A stretch of DNA of 63,496 bases, counting the filler, from Choristocarpus tenellus KU-1152 (taxonomy: Eukaryota > Protista > Phaeophyceae), in assembly GCA_964200185.2 (NCBI GenBank). It is 9 parts of 9 records of this genome, joined end to end, with 100 filler letters (N's around TTAATTAATTAA, not from the genome) between each part and the next. Parts side by side here need not be neighbours in the genome. Positions count along the whole stretch, not along the records: positions 6,415 to 17,384 come from CAXNAD020002599.1; positions 17,485 to 20,628 come from CAXNAD020022008.1; positions 20,729 to 28,819 come from CAXNAD020005163.1; 6 more parts are not named here. One strand, 5' to 3'. The position numbers and the translations under genes are program-made. The stretch's first letter is position 1; every line of letters begins with the position of its first letter. Below, one piece after another: positions 12,401-25,662 of this stretch. The notes under the pieces were generated by a model. It did not search any database. It was not told the DNA's origin and saw nothing but the letters and a program-made list of their open reading frames with translations.

Positions 12401-14314
12401 GCTCGGCGGGGATAATAAATTCTGTGGGACAACGACACGAAAGGGATGGATGAATATCGTAAGGAGACCACGGATGGTGATGTCTAATCAAGGTTTTGCT
12501 CACCTCCAAATAGTTCAGGAGGACGTCGCCTGGTGAGGGTTCTACGGACGAAGAGACTTGCGTGATGTTGTGTGCCCCTTCTGTGATGCGATGTCGTTTG
12601 TAGACTTCGAACATATGCAATGAAATCTTGTTTCCTGGTAGCATGTGGCAGGTTCTCTGTCCCTCTGTGCTGACCATGCGCTATGTGGATGAATGCCTGA
12701 TCGTGTGGTCTGGAAACCTCTTGTCCTCACAGCAGGTGATGTTGCAGGTGTTGGCAGGAAAAGAGTAGTCGAATAGCATACCAATGCTGCAGCAGTGGAG
12801 GAGCTGGGGCATATAGGTTGAAGGCAGGGACTAGGGAACGAGGGGGATGTGAGGAGCAGGAGGGCATGGTACGGGCGTCTATATTGTGGGGTTGGAATAT
12901 GGCATATCGGTTGCCAGGCAGGCTGAGAGAGAGTATTGTCAAGATGTTGTGGCAGCTGCTGAGGATGGCCTCACGATTCTAAAGTAAAGCTCTGATCTGT
13001 ATCGTGAAGAGGAAAGTGCAGGATAGTGTAAGGTTTTCTGTCCGTTTTCTCGCAGTGGTCAGAGAATCGGCGGAAGTTATGAACACATGGTCCCGATTTA
13101 ATACCAGAGAATAGAGGAAGGTTAGGGCACACTAGAAGCAACGGAGCATACCAAGATGGGATTCCATCATTTGACATGAACGGACCCGTTTATATCGAGA
13201 ATCGAGAGAAAATTGGTTCAATGGTTCTGATATTGGGCGAGGTTAAGGACTTGACCACACAAAAAGGTTTTTAGTCGGTTAAAGTCCGACACTACCTGGA
13301 GCACCCAGTTGTTCTTGGTGCCTACCCCATCCATGTTCTCTGAGGGTTAAAACTCAAATTCAACATGGAATTGGGCCTGGAGGTGGAACTTGACGCCAGG
13401 TTCATCTCAAAACAGGTAACCAATACGTGGAATAAGCGTTGGGCAGGGGTTTTTGCCTTCATTCCTTGGGGGAATGAAAAAAAAAATGGCCTTCTGACAC
13501 CTGATGCTTGTCACAGATTGCTGGACTCCTTGTTGTGGAACAGATGAGGGTCAGGGCACCGAAATCACTATACACGGCACGTTGGCAGACACACCAGTCC
13601 CGTCTAGGCGTAGGAGCTGTGTGGTAGGCAAATTTGAGCTCCACCTTGCTCAACCTCTTCCTGTGGAGAGGTTGTGTGGACACTTCTATTCTGTTGTAGA
13701 AGTGATTCCACGCACTCGAATGTTTTTGAGGACAGACCCAACTCTCGACATGCACGACCAAGTCTGTTTTTCTCGGAATTTGAAGGGAATATATATGTTG
13801 AAAGTGAAATGAAGTCTTTGTCTCTCTGGGGCTAATAGGGTTGTTACTGACGAAGAGTCTAGCCAAAGGAGACTCATTCTGATGCTGTTACATGTATGCG
13901 TGCATACCCTTTATGTTGTAGATTCAATTTTGGAAGACCTTCTAGAGAAGGATTTCCTTGACTGCCAATACTTATACTGCCAAACATTCGTGTACAACTA
14001 TGATGCATTTCCTCCCTTTTCCGCCATGGTCTCTGCATTATATCACTTAGTGCTTTCCTAGTAGAGGTAGTGCTGCTGCTACTACTCCCACTCCTTTTCC
14101 TACTCTGACCAGTCACTGGATATGATTGCAACAGTAGCAACGGCAGCAGCAGCAACAACAATGGTAGTAACAACCATGCTAGGATCAACTACTAAAAGGA
14201 TGAAGTAATTGGCTCTACCACTATCGATAACTACTAGCTGCTACGCACTAATGAAAATAGGAGCAGTAATTTTTTTGAAATATAATTGCATATCCAGAAG
14301 AGAACAAAAAAAGG

Positions 14315-14573
14315 GAGTGAAAGTATCTTAGGGGATACGAGTCTTGCCCTGTTTGTCCGTTTGGTGCTTGACTGCCCACGGGGTTCTTATGGCATTGTTC
14401 CTTCTCCGAAACATTTCGGAGTAGGTAAAACGTAATAGTATGAAAAGTGTGTACGGAAGAAGGATATTGAACTTTTCTAACAAACGCAATAGCCAAGATT
14501 ACATCAAAATCGTAACATTGGATGTTGGCCCCCAAAAGGACGCGACTTTACCCTCTAAGGTATACTTTGACTC
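14315..14573 (+). mobile_element. MITE family A copy 2
   Basis: GAGTGAAAGTATCTTAGGGG...TACCCTCTAAGGTATACTTTGACTC; internal homology to other copies; TSD not preserved. Confidence 0.85.
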
Positions 14574-14608
14574 AAAATGTGTATGTTCTGAAAAGATGTG
14601 TCTGGAAC

Positions 14609-14870
14609 GGCCCGAAGTATCTCGGGGGGTGGGCGGGCGTCTGTTTGGGACCTTTTTTTCGATTTTCCCATTTTTAGGCGATTTGATTGCATGTGTCGGA
14701 TTTCAATGTGTTCAAACAGGGCTGTTGGTGTAAGGGTCTGTTGTCGTTCGCATGAAGAATTAAAAAATATACCATGTTTTGTTTTAAGGTTTATTGTTTC
14801 TTTTGTTGCATGTGTCGGATTTTGTATGTACACAAACAGGGCTGTCGATTAGGGTCTGTTGTCCTAGGCG
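14609..14870 (+). mobile_element. MITE family B-like end with internal ~118-bp-period duplication
   Basis: GGCCCGAAGTATCTCGGGGGG terminus; TTGCATGTGTCGGATTT...AAACAGGGCTGT...AGGGTCTGTTGTC occurs twice. Confidence 0.55.
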
Positions 14871-17847
14871 TCTGGGTGATAGTGACGGGGAAATCGTAGG
14901 CAAATTTCAACGTTTCTTCCAATCGCGTGGTATTTTAACCATATCGTTGGTAATTACATGGGTTGGTTGTGTTTGGCTTAGGGTGCGTGTCTGTGTATCT
15001 GTGTGCGAACGGGTGTTCCTCGATAATCATTTGCACACCAGTACTTCAACGTCTCTTTCGTCTTGGTACAACTGAATCTTGCACAATTTCGTCTTTCGAT
15101 GAGAGCAGAGAGTATAGGTGGTGGAAGGGGTGTGTTCGGTATAAGGTCAGAGGGTTGCATGTGCATAGGATGGTGTTAGAGAGTTGGATTATATGGATCG
15201 CATGGTTTCTTTGTTTTGTTGAGTCAAGATGGTCCCCACTTTTCATCTGGCGGCTGTTATGTAATCAAAGTGTGTGAACACGGCCAAGGTTTTTGACGCT
15301 TTTACTTCTTGTCTATATCTCTAGATGTGTAACGATAACGAGGCCTATTCTCTTAGATAGGTTTGAGGTTGTGTGTTGTGCGGGATCATGTTCAGATGTA
15401 GGGCATAGCGTACGACGTATTCTTTAATCCAAGACTAGCATATACTGCTTTACGACGACGGGCTAAGTGTCTCCGAGGAAGTTCTTGTGGGATGCAATGT
15501 TGTCCGACTATATTTGCGGGTGTGTCTGGTGGCTTATGGTACATCAGGGTTGTACAAGAGGGAGAGAGCGCAAATGGTAGGGGTGTGGGGGCGTGTTCTT
15601 TCATTAAGCAGGAAGGTACATGATGACACACACGTGTTAGTACAGGCTATGTGAATGGAACAATGTCACAACTTTCGTCATGAGCGCTATATTACGATAG
15701 TGTTTGCGAAATTGGTCCATATATAATGCTTTCACACAACCTGGTTCAAGTATTCCTTACATGTTGAAAATGCGGTGGAAATATTTTGGGTGAGGTTTCC
15801 TCTTCACATATATGTGGGAATGGAAAAGAGGTCTGGGATGACGTTGAAATAGGGCTAATACATACATTACTTGTGCTATGTGTTAAAACATAGGCTACTC
15901 GTTCCATTTGCTTTGAATTGACAGAGCATCGTCAGTCCATACTGAACGCTGATTTGTCCATTGCAATGGTCGCTATTCCCATTTACATCATTAGCTCATT
16001 GGCTCATCATCACAACCCACTCAGAAGATTTGTGGCAGTAGTTACGTTAGATATAGGACCAGGCTTGACTTCTTCTTTCTTCCTGTATTACTTCTTTTTC
16101 ACACAAGTTATCAGTTTTGAATAGCATGTGTTGATTCTTATTTTTTACTTCACTGGCATTGCCCCGTCAATAAGACATCCCATCACTCTGCAACACGTAT
16201 AAGACACACGTTGAGATGCAATATAAACAGATTTTAAACCATGCTTCAAAACCTTTCTTTGCAGAGGTGACAACCCTCTTCACAGAGGATGAATCTCTTC
16301 ATTTGAGCGCCTCAATGAATAACCACACAATTTCTATCAATCACGGTCTGCTCTAAGTAAAACATGCCACAGACGTACCAGTATACATTTCACATCAACC
16401 AAAGCCTGATTGAGTAAGACATCCCTTCAGACGCACCAGACCGAAACCGCAGGTGTCTTGTTGCACTATGATACACGTTTGCCTCTCAAAGTGTTGATCA
16501 CAGCACAACCAAACATACCTTCACATCGAACACTGTCTTACTGAATACAATATGTCATCAGACCTACCACAACAAATTCATCAGTGCTTTGTTGCGCTAT
16601 GATCTCCTTCGTCACAAACCAGACACATCACAACAACACACAACTCATACGAAATCAGGTTTCAACACTATGTACTGTATGCGAACAAGTAACTTCTACC
16701 ACAAGAACGTATAGGAAGTAATGTTTGCGTTCTTGATTGATGCGAAGTACAGTCATCAAACCAAAAACATTATTACATAAGAACCCTTCGACCAATTATT
16801 ATTCTTCCTTCACGGAACTAGGTTCTAATATGGAAATCGTAGGAAATGACATGTTTTTATTTATCATCGGGATAAACAGGATATCCAATAGTGTGGAACA
16901 GATGGTAACACGCCGAAAGGTTCTTCGTAATGAAGAAGAGCGGGAAGACCCACAGGAGGCAAGGTCGAAGAGAGAGACAAGTTAAGAGGGAGAGTAATCC
17001 TTCAGAAGATCAATCGGGAAAGGAGTGTTCCAGTGGTAACTGAAAGAGGGGGATTTTGGCAAGGTCACTCCAAATCACCCGATCTTACTTCAAGCAGATG
17101 TTACCTTCAACATGTAAGAACAAATGTCATATGATGGCTCTCACAATAGGGCACATCTAAAAAGGAGCATGTTGATAGAAGGCATATTGTTCGTACGTGT
17201 AGGTGGCTTTGATCGGACTAATAGTGCAAGACATCCTATATGCGCTCTGTGTTAGTACAGTAGGTACCCTATTTTGGTCCTAAAAATTATGAACCAATCG
17301 AAAAATATGCAATTTTGTACCACTTTTTTCGACATACAAAAAATATAGACTTTTGTACCGGAATTCTCGTATTCGGGCGATTTGNNNNNNNNNNNNNNNN
17401 NNNNNNNNNNNNNNNNNNNNNNNNNNNNTTAATTAATTAANNNNNNNNNNNNNNNNNNNNNNNNNNNNNNNNNNNNNNNNNNNNCTTGCTTGCCGAGGCG
17501 CCCAAAACTTTCCGCCGCAAAGGTGTTGAGGTTACAACTACAAGGATCAGATGAGCCCTTGTAGTGGATATACTCTTTATTATATATCAATACGTATACC
17601 GTTATGGTTACACTTAAACTTGATCGACTAGGATGTTTCTTAATTTTCATATATATATACGTACATGCATGTCAGAATGTATGTGTCAGCACGAGTCAGC
17701 AAAAGTTATGAGATGTAGGTTACAATTAACGACAACTTCGTCATCACCATCATCGAGATATCTGTTGACCTGCTGCCTTCACAACTAACCTCTTAACTTT
17801 CACCAACGCAGGACCGCATCCAGTCCACGCAACTAGAGGATATTACC

Positions 17848-18549
17848 ATGGTGGGAACAGGAACCTTGGCGTTCACGCCCAATTGTGGTCTTGGTGGGTC
17901 CTCCACATCACCTCGATGGACGTTTGCCCAAGCATCCTCCACATGCCAACCCTATTCCGTTGTTAAAAGTTCGCCATCTCGCCGATGGAGTAGACTATCA
18001 CCCCTCAACATGGGTGCTAGCATGAGCGATGAGACTAAAAAGCTGCTTGAGATGGCCGCAGCAGCAAGGGCAGAGGTGAGGGCCTATACCGCAATGTCCA
18101 CAAGGTCGTTCAATGCTCTGGACAGTGACCATGCGCGGAGAAGAGGATGCCAATTTCCACCTAGCAATTGTCCTGATCCACCTTCCGCAACTTGTCATCT
18201 TCACTTCAAGCACTTGTACTGTTGTATCGCCATCCCATCTTGCACATCCTCCTCAATGGCGCGTGCATCGGTCCTTCCTCCTGCAGGCAGAAGCGATGGA
18301 GGCCGCACTGCGTAAGGAAAAGGCTGAGAAAGCTCCAAAGGATGTTGCATCTGATGAACCTGTTGCTGTGACGATGGTGTCAGGCAAAGAAGAGGAAAAC
18401 ACGGCGACCGCGGAGATGCAGGTACCAGTTCTGGAGCAGACGAGGGAGGTGTCCGCGGCCCTGGTATCGAAGCTGGAGGATCTGCCGTATGATTCCGTTG
18501 GTGTGTTCAAGAAAATGGAAGGGATAAAGGCAGAAGGTCTTGCACCGAG
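17848..18549 (+). CDS. Uncharacterised, possibly plastid-targeted protein, first two exons (17848-18075, 18287-18549)
   Basis: ATG, GTGAG donor and CTGCAG acceptor in phase; product MVGTGTLAFTPN (Ser/Arg-rich transit-like segment) then DETKKLLEMAAAARAE|AEAMEAALRKEKAEK coiled coil. Confidence 0.7.
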
Positions 18550-19539
18550 GTGTGTGAATGGTTCGCAATTGCATTTTTTCATCTTGTGTTGTACCCCACG
18601 TCACCCTCCCTTAAAGTGTACGCGTGTCGATCCGGACTACGACATAAGCTTGAGTACATATAATGGTTTGTACACCTTTCGCATACAGAAGTGCTATCCT
18701 CTCCTTTGGTAACCCACTGTTGCTGGTCAGGGGTCAGTGTCTACAAAAACCATTTGACTCAAGAGCCCGTAATTTCCGTATTTTTATCCAGGTGGTACTT
18801 CCAGTGTTTTGGATGTTGTGAGTGTTGTTGTACATACTTTGAGCTTATTCGATACAAAGATGTCAAGTATTAGAGACTTTTGTTAACACTACGTCGAATG
18901 AGGAGAACAAATGTGGAAATGAAAATTTAGAATAAAAAGAAACGTTCCTAGAGGTTAGATCGGTTTCTTGCTTTTCGTGCAACATTCGACCTCAAAATTA
19001 GCACCAGCCCAGCCTGCTTTGTGTCATGCATTTTTTGCAAGTATGGAGACATAACTCACTCTGGGAAATACTCCACCTATCACTGCCTCAGCGGTTGGGA
19101 TTTTTGAGGCTGTGACTCTTTTCCTGCCTCAGGTACACCAGGGCATCACGATTGTCCCTAGCGTCCCCTCCCCAAAGCCCTACAGTGCTTAGTGCCTTCA
19201 CCAAGTGAATCGGATCTGATCCTGATGTGAGATTTTTCAAGAGGCAACAGTATGTTTCTGGGGAGCCCTAAGTCTGTTTGCACAATGCATAGATGTTCAA
19301 ACCTAAAATGCGATTGATTAAAAAGACAAGTGCGAGGTGTAAAAGTGTGTTGCAATGAAATAAAGAAAAGTTGGTACTGTGTGCAAGTACTCCTCACTTT
19401 AATGTTGGGCTGAGAGAATGGACAGCATTGCTAAAGGTGAATTTCTCCCACTCCACCCTATCTCTAAAACTAAACCCGACCCATATGAAGAAGTGGGAGG
19501 AAATAGATAAGGCGATACATCTTCCCAATTTTTTTAATC

Positions 19540-19578
<39 letters not shown>

Positions 19579-19684
19579 TGATTTTTTTATTGATTTTTGT
19601 TTTTTTTTTAATTTTTTTCTTTTTTTTTTTTAATTTTATTTTATTGTTTTTTTTNNNNNNNNNNTTATTCCAGGAATTTTCGGT

Positions 19685-19843
19685 ATATCATAAATTGACT
19701 GCTATTTATATGATAAATTGACTGCTATTTATATGATAAATTGACTGCTATTTATATGATAAATTGACTGCTATTTATATGATAAATTGACTGCTATTTA
19801 TATGATAAATTAATTGACTGCTATTTATATGATAAATTGACTG
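19685..19843. repeat. 23-bp tandem repeat (TAAATTGACTGCTATTTATATGA) x ~7
   Basis: Directly visible, near-identical units. Confidence 0.9.
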
Positions 19844-20306
19844 ATTGGTGTTGCGTGATAAAAAAAACTATTATTATGGGATAGATCGACACTACCGTGG
19901 CATAAACACAATCTTGTCCTTGAATATAGGAAGGCGTGACTATGCTATGCTGTCGCAAGTCTCGAAGTAACCTTTGACTTTTCAGGGTGTTTGTACCCCC
20001 CCCCCTTTTTGTCTCTTAAAGAGCCAGTGTGAAGCAGAGCCTGAGTTTATGAACAGCAGAAGTCCCAGTTGTTGCCAACAGTCTGCTGCGTTCGTTGGTT
20101 CTATAAATAACCGTTTAGTGGACACAGACCAACTGTTTACATTTAAAAAAAATTGGTTTCTTTTTGTCTATGAATGTTTTATTATTATTTTATCATTTTA
20201 TTATTTTTTGTGCTTCCTCTTTTCTTGCGACGAACAAGTGATGTCGATGTCTTTTGCCGGAGGAGTGCGTACACAGCGCCAAACCAATTGAGAGGTCAGT
20301 GTTAGA

Positions 20307-20374
20307 ACACTAGTACACTAGTACACTAGTACACTAGTACACTAGTACACTGGCACACTAGTACACTAGTACAC
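20307..20374. repeat. (ACACTAGT)n 8-bp tandem repeat
   Basis: Directly visible, ~8 units. Confidence 0.9.
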
Positions 20375-20553
20375 CCTTGTGTCTACCGAGGACGTAGTCA
20401 GAAGGATCGTATTTTAAAAGTATCCCGTGAAAGGGCAATGAGGGGATCATTTTGTACAATTAGCCCTTGCTTAATTGTGGTGTTGCTTTGTGTGTGGAAG
20501 GGGGAAGTTCGTGTACATAAAAAAAAGAAATAGAGTGTAATGCGTAGAGTAGT

Positions 20554-20628
20554 GACCCAAACTATCTGGGGGGGGGGGGGGGTGGAGCGGAAGCGCCCGA
20601 CTCTAAACACCAATCACCTCAGAAAACC
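20554..20628 (+). mobile_element. MITE family B end at contig edge
   Basis: GACCCAAACTATCTGGGGGGG terminus running into the spacer. Confidence 0.65.
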
Positions 20629-20728
20629 NNNNNNNNNNNNNNNNNNNNNNNNNNNNNNNNNNNNNNNNNNNNTTAATTAATTAANNNNNNNNNNNNNNNN
20701 NNNNNNNNNNNNNNNNNNNNNNNNNNNN

Positions 20729-20751
20729 CCCCCTCCCAGATACTTTGACCC
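20729..20751 (-). mobile_element. MITE family B end at contig edge
   Basis: CCCTCCCAGATACTTTGACCC directly after the spacer. Confidence 0.65.
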
Positions 20752-22149
20752 CCTTGTTGCATTAAAGGAAATTGGACCAGAATTCGAAGCCAGGGGTAAG
20801 AACAACTCTCAAAGGGTATCCTCTTTCAGTGGAAGAGAGTAAGTAGAAATTACGCTTGATGGAGATCGTCACCGGCTTGGTTATAGGGCAGTGTTAGACA
20901 ACAGTCACCTGATAGAGTATCTTGCAGGGTGTGGGGGACTTACAAATGGTGAGATCTGTCTCTCCCTGATACATAATGTTCACTCACACTATTGCACTGG
21001 AATCTGAGTCACATTATCATTTCATGACATGTCACTATATTCTTGCATGCTCGACAGGCAGAGGGCCCACCCCATTTGGTCGACGAACTCATCATGTACC
21101 ACCAGGACAAAATCAGAACCAGATGTGGGCATCAAGAACCGCTAGTGTTGCTTCCACTCTTGTGGTCTTGATACTGAAGCGAACCCATCTCCTCTACCTG
21201 CGCTATCTGGCTGAGGAGGATCAGGCCGGCATTCCACTGGCGTGGAATTATTCAGCACAGATATAGGTCCATGTGGAGGGTTTGCACAAAGAGTGGCGGA
21301 GGCTACTGTGGCCACATTTGGACATACCGGATGCAGTCTGGTGTCTTTGACTGTACTGTGTCAATACCAGAGATATTTTGATCATAATGCTAGTCGCCTG
21401 AGTAGTGCTTTTGTTCATTGCTAGTAGTGGCTTTTGATCAGTGAGTACCCAGTCTATGTGTCTTCAGGCAAGCAAGCTGCAATCATATCTGCACATCCAA
21501 GCACTTCGCTGAGTTTGTGTCGAGCAGTATCCTTGGCCACAAGAGAGTATCCTTGGCCACAAGAGAGTATCCTTGGCCACAAAAGTAGGCATGGAAACAA
21601 GGCCAAAGTTTCTTCCAAAACCTCGCCTGTGCTCACCAATGCCCTCAAAACAGTGCATGACTTGGCTATCGGCTGTGCATTAGACCCTTGATTAACATCT
21701 AGTTCAGGTAAGACTCAGCCTAGAAGTCACGAGTTGAGGAAATCAATATCAGGTTCAGGGGATATACCCAGAGGGTGATATTTTAGTCATGCAACCTGAA
21801 CATTAACTTACTGACCATCATCTTCTCAAACACATACAAAACCAAAACACATAAAATCAGGGAAATTTGTGCCTACACTTCATGTCTTCATCTCCAAGGC
21901 GAGAGCAGTTCAGGGTTGGGATCGTCACCGGTCATTTGAGTCATTTGTGTCATGCAAAGTCACTCATAAGTCCCCCAGGTTGTACACATGTGAGACTTTT
22001 AACACAGTAGTCCCTGATCCAATTATTGCCGCCATTTCACCAGTGCTAACATTTGCTAACATTTGCTATAGTGAGTTTGAATACCAAATGTTAATCCACT
22101 TGCTGTTTGTTGTGATCTTGTGCATCGATTGGGGTAGCCCCTGGAATCC

Positions 22150-24400
22150 CTAAAACATAATATCAACCAGTACTACTGGGCTCCGGCAAGTGTAAAGTTA
22201 GGTACCTCTTGGACAGTGGCAAAGACAACTGGAATATGCGCATGCCAATGAGTGGATCCTTTCAAAGGTACCGCTTGCTCGGGACTGTTACGTTACACCA
22301 CTATCTTTGCCTCTCAATCACCATGCACTTCCTGAAACTCTTTAACCAGTTTTTTATTCAAACACTTTGCTTTGATCAGAGTCAAGTGCTCCAGGTGTCC
22401 CAAGTATGGAGAATAGAATAGACTGTCCATCAGTGCTAGCCAAAGATCGCACACCATGTGAATTGAAATTGTTCAACTGCTGACAAAAACATACAAAAAA
22501 CATACAAAAAACATACAAAAACATACATTTGCACCGTCTAACAAAACTCGGTATTTTACAAGGCCAATAGCTCGCCGTTGAAACAGTCACGACTGATATG
22601 TATTGGAAGGCGTATCCCGGTGGGAAAGAGTTAGGGCTATGTATTACCTTCCCCCCTCTTGACACGACTGATATATCTTGTGCCAGTTCCTCACTACTCT
22701 CTTTAGTACTGTCCCGGGACAAGAATCATGGTCAAATGTACACCTAAAACAAACACGGCCAAAAACTTTAGGGTCATGAAGGATATGAGCAATCAGGGTC
22801 ATGAAGGATATGAGCAATCAGCCCTTACATCTCCACTGGGGCTATCAACCGATCTCCAGAGGTGTCTTTCTTCCAAAGGTGGCTGGTAAAGACCGGCATA
22901 GTAACACATGGCCGTGTCATTCACGAGCAAGGAAGGAGGATATCATTCAAGATGTGGGGTCCTTTCTGGGTAAATGGAGTGCTTCCCAGGTCATTCAAAT
23001 ATTACAAAGTATGCCTCACACTGTTTTGAGTTGTGCTTGGCTAAACTCTCCAGGTCCGCTGCTGGAACGATAACAGCATTGACAAATAGTGCAGCGCCAT
23101 CGGCAACTCGGGTGATTCCATCTAACCATGTACAGATAATTTGTAAGTCAGGCGTACTTCCCTGGAGGCGGTGTCGGCAGTGTAAGGGTTACTGCCAATG
23201 TTGCGACAAATGGGGGCTGAGATTAATAGTTCGGATTTGGGTTTCAAAAACCCCATCAACATGTGTGCAGGGCATTTCACGGACGATATGTTGTCACCAT
23301 TACTTACTTGTGGAGGACGGTAAAATTAAATGTTTGCCACAACCCGCCTAGAAAGTAGAGTAGGTTCGATACATCTTGCATAATATGCAGCCACTACACA
23401 TTGCAGAGTGGCCGCTGGTACTTGTGAAAATGTACGCTCCACATAGGTTCTCCAGTGTTTCATGGCCAGTATTACCACTAAGCACTCTTTCTGGGCAGCT
23501 GAGTATTGGCAATATGCAGGTGAGGAATGGACACAATCGTACAGAGTGACTTGGTCATTTCCATCATCGTATTTGTTGACCAAAAAGATCCCACACCAAC
23601 ATCACCGGCAACCACATGGACGTGATATTTGCTTGGAAAGGTCAGGAAAAAGCAACACTGGAGTCACCACGTGAAGATGTACTTACTCATGAAACGCAGC
23701 AATCTCTGGGTGACTTCATTTGGATGGAGTATTGGTGTTTGACTCATTTTGATAGATGTCCGACAATTTAACTCCCCTCATGGTTCGTAATTGCCACAAG
23801 GTGTGTGGGATGTGCTTCCATACAAAGCTCAATTAACCCTAACCCTATGTTGGAATCGCTTCACGGTTTAGGGAGGCCTCATCCCTAACATGGTCTGCAC
23901 TCAGGCTTGAGATATTCCTATAACCTCATGGCTAACATCATATCACAGATACTGACTGCATGTCTTCTGAGTCAAACTGAATCTTGGATGCTTTTGGTGT
24001 AACGCCTGCAGTTTGTTTTGTAGCGTCGGAAGCGCCTCAATACACGGTATGTACACATTGTTAAGACAAAAAATATGTTTTCTGCAGTTGCCAATAAGAG
24101 CTGATTGGATACACAGACAAGTGAAATACTTTGGAATCTCCAAGCGTGGACAAAACCCTCTAGTCATAGACGGCAATGGTCATGAGTTTCACACTATTAC
24201 AGAGGGATTTAATAATCAATGTTTTATCTCACTTTCTAGGAATATTTTCCATTTCATCTATTGCAAAATTCCGATCAATTGGTCATCTCTGATCGCAATT
24301 ATCTCATTCTAGACATGGCGTTTACCTATGATGTAATGATTTAATGGACTGAAATCTTACTACTTGAGCTTCAAGCTGGTGGAGCACTTCACCCCTTATC
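22150..24400 (-). mobile_element. Degenerate Ty3/Gypsy LTR retrotransposon pol (RT-RNaseH-integrase)
   Basis: Across frameshifts: RT LSTLGDSK/KYFTCL..QSA/SYWQL (~24100-24180); RNase H HVVAGDVGVG and YSAAQKECLVVILAMKHWRTYV (~23380-23640); integrase ILFSILGTPGALDSDQSKVFE (~22360-22430); RT-RH-INT order is Gypsy-type. Confidence 0.85.
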
Positions 24401-25366
24401 TCCTCTAAATGTTCACCCGTTGGTATCCACATGAAAATCGGGTGGCCCTTTGCAAGTCCTGATACATCTCAGATATTTCTAGGTCGCCCAAGAAAGCTAT
24501 GGAAGGCTATACTTGGTGGTCAGGGAGAACTGGATCAAACAAAACAACTTCGATTTTGGTTCATGACTCAAAGCCGATTTTGAGATATCGAAGCCGCAAG
24601 CAGAGTCACAATCCCCAATAACAAAAATTGCAAGAGGTCGAGAGGGCCAGCCTGAGGGGCACCTGAAGATGTAGGGACGCTGCAAAACAAGTGGGGGAGG
24701 CCGGGGAAAGATGAGGCAAGGGTCTACATGGCTGGAGCAAGGAAGAAGTCGGTGGAGGACGAAAATATGAAAACAAGGATACCAAAATAAATAAATAAGA
24801 GCTCCCCCTTACTCAGATCAAGCGCCCTAATGCACACGCTGTCTTGTGAGTCGGAGAAGCTACTATAGCTTGATCTACGCATGAGGACATCGCCTTCTAT
24901 TCCAAACATATTACATGGAACGAATTAACCTGTAGCAGATTTTGCAGCATTTTGAATGCCTCCCATCTACTTTTAGGTGTTGAAACATTTTACTCCGAGG
25001 GTGAGGGATAAAACAGTCCGTATCTCGGTCTTCATGTTAGGGTTAGGGCTTCTCCCAGCAACTTTATGAGATCTGGCTTGGTCCAGTGTTTCCCATCATA
25101 TTTTTGTTGCCTAAATAAAAAAATATGGAAGATCCTCCAGAATTATTGATTGCTGCTTCCCTCCATAAAAGAGGTTGGTTAATCATTGAGTGGCAGTCCA
25201 CAAAAAAACTTCAAGGATCCATCAGGTGGGGCTACAACGCCTACTGAAGACGCGCATAGGCTTGGGGATAGTCGTACAATACCCTGCCTTTATATTCTTG
25301 TCACATTTTCCCATGCTTGTGCCTTGTTGAAAGGGAAATTCTAAATTTGCACTTCAAAATAGTTGT

Positions 25367-25662
25367 GAGTCAAAAGTCAACAAGAGGTACCCACGTTTTG
25401 TGTCCGATTTGCATTTGAAGTCTGCTTTTCAATGCTTTTCAATAGTTTGCAATCCCAAAAATATTTATACGGATGAAGTTCTAAGTATGATCTGAGAGCG
25501 TTTATTTCTTAAACCGTTTGAAGCTTTTCCGACACACTTCAGAAAGTACCTTACACACTTTTAAAAAAAAATAAAGCGGAATTTTGCACACATTTGTCAG
25601 TATCCTTAAATTGTCAGTACCCTTAAAATGCAGCTCTGGGCACCTCTCGATTACCTTGACTC
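25367..25662 (+). mobile_element. MITE family C, full copy
   Basis: TIRs GAGTCAAAAGTCAACAAGAGGTACCC / GGGCACCTCTCGATTACCTTGACTC; homologous to 30500-30798, 33786-33910 and 37444-37650. Confidence 0.7.

Noticed and set aside
6415-13900. Possible decayed LTR retroelement(s) on the - strand (GLNGIAERAF near 8180, CFQCKNIG near 11770)
   Set aside because: Motifs are too degraded to support a family call or boundaries without a search
19685-19843. Regular 23-bp repeats as a possible CRISPR array
   Set aside because: Units are contiguous with no unique spacers, there are no cas genes, and the context is eukaryotic
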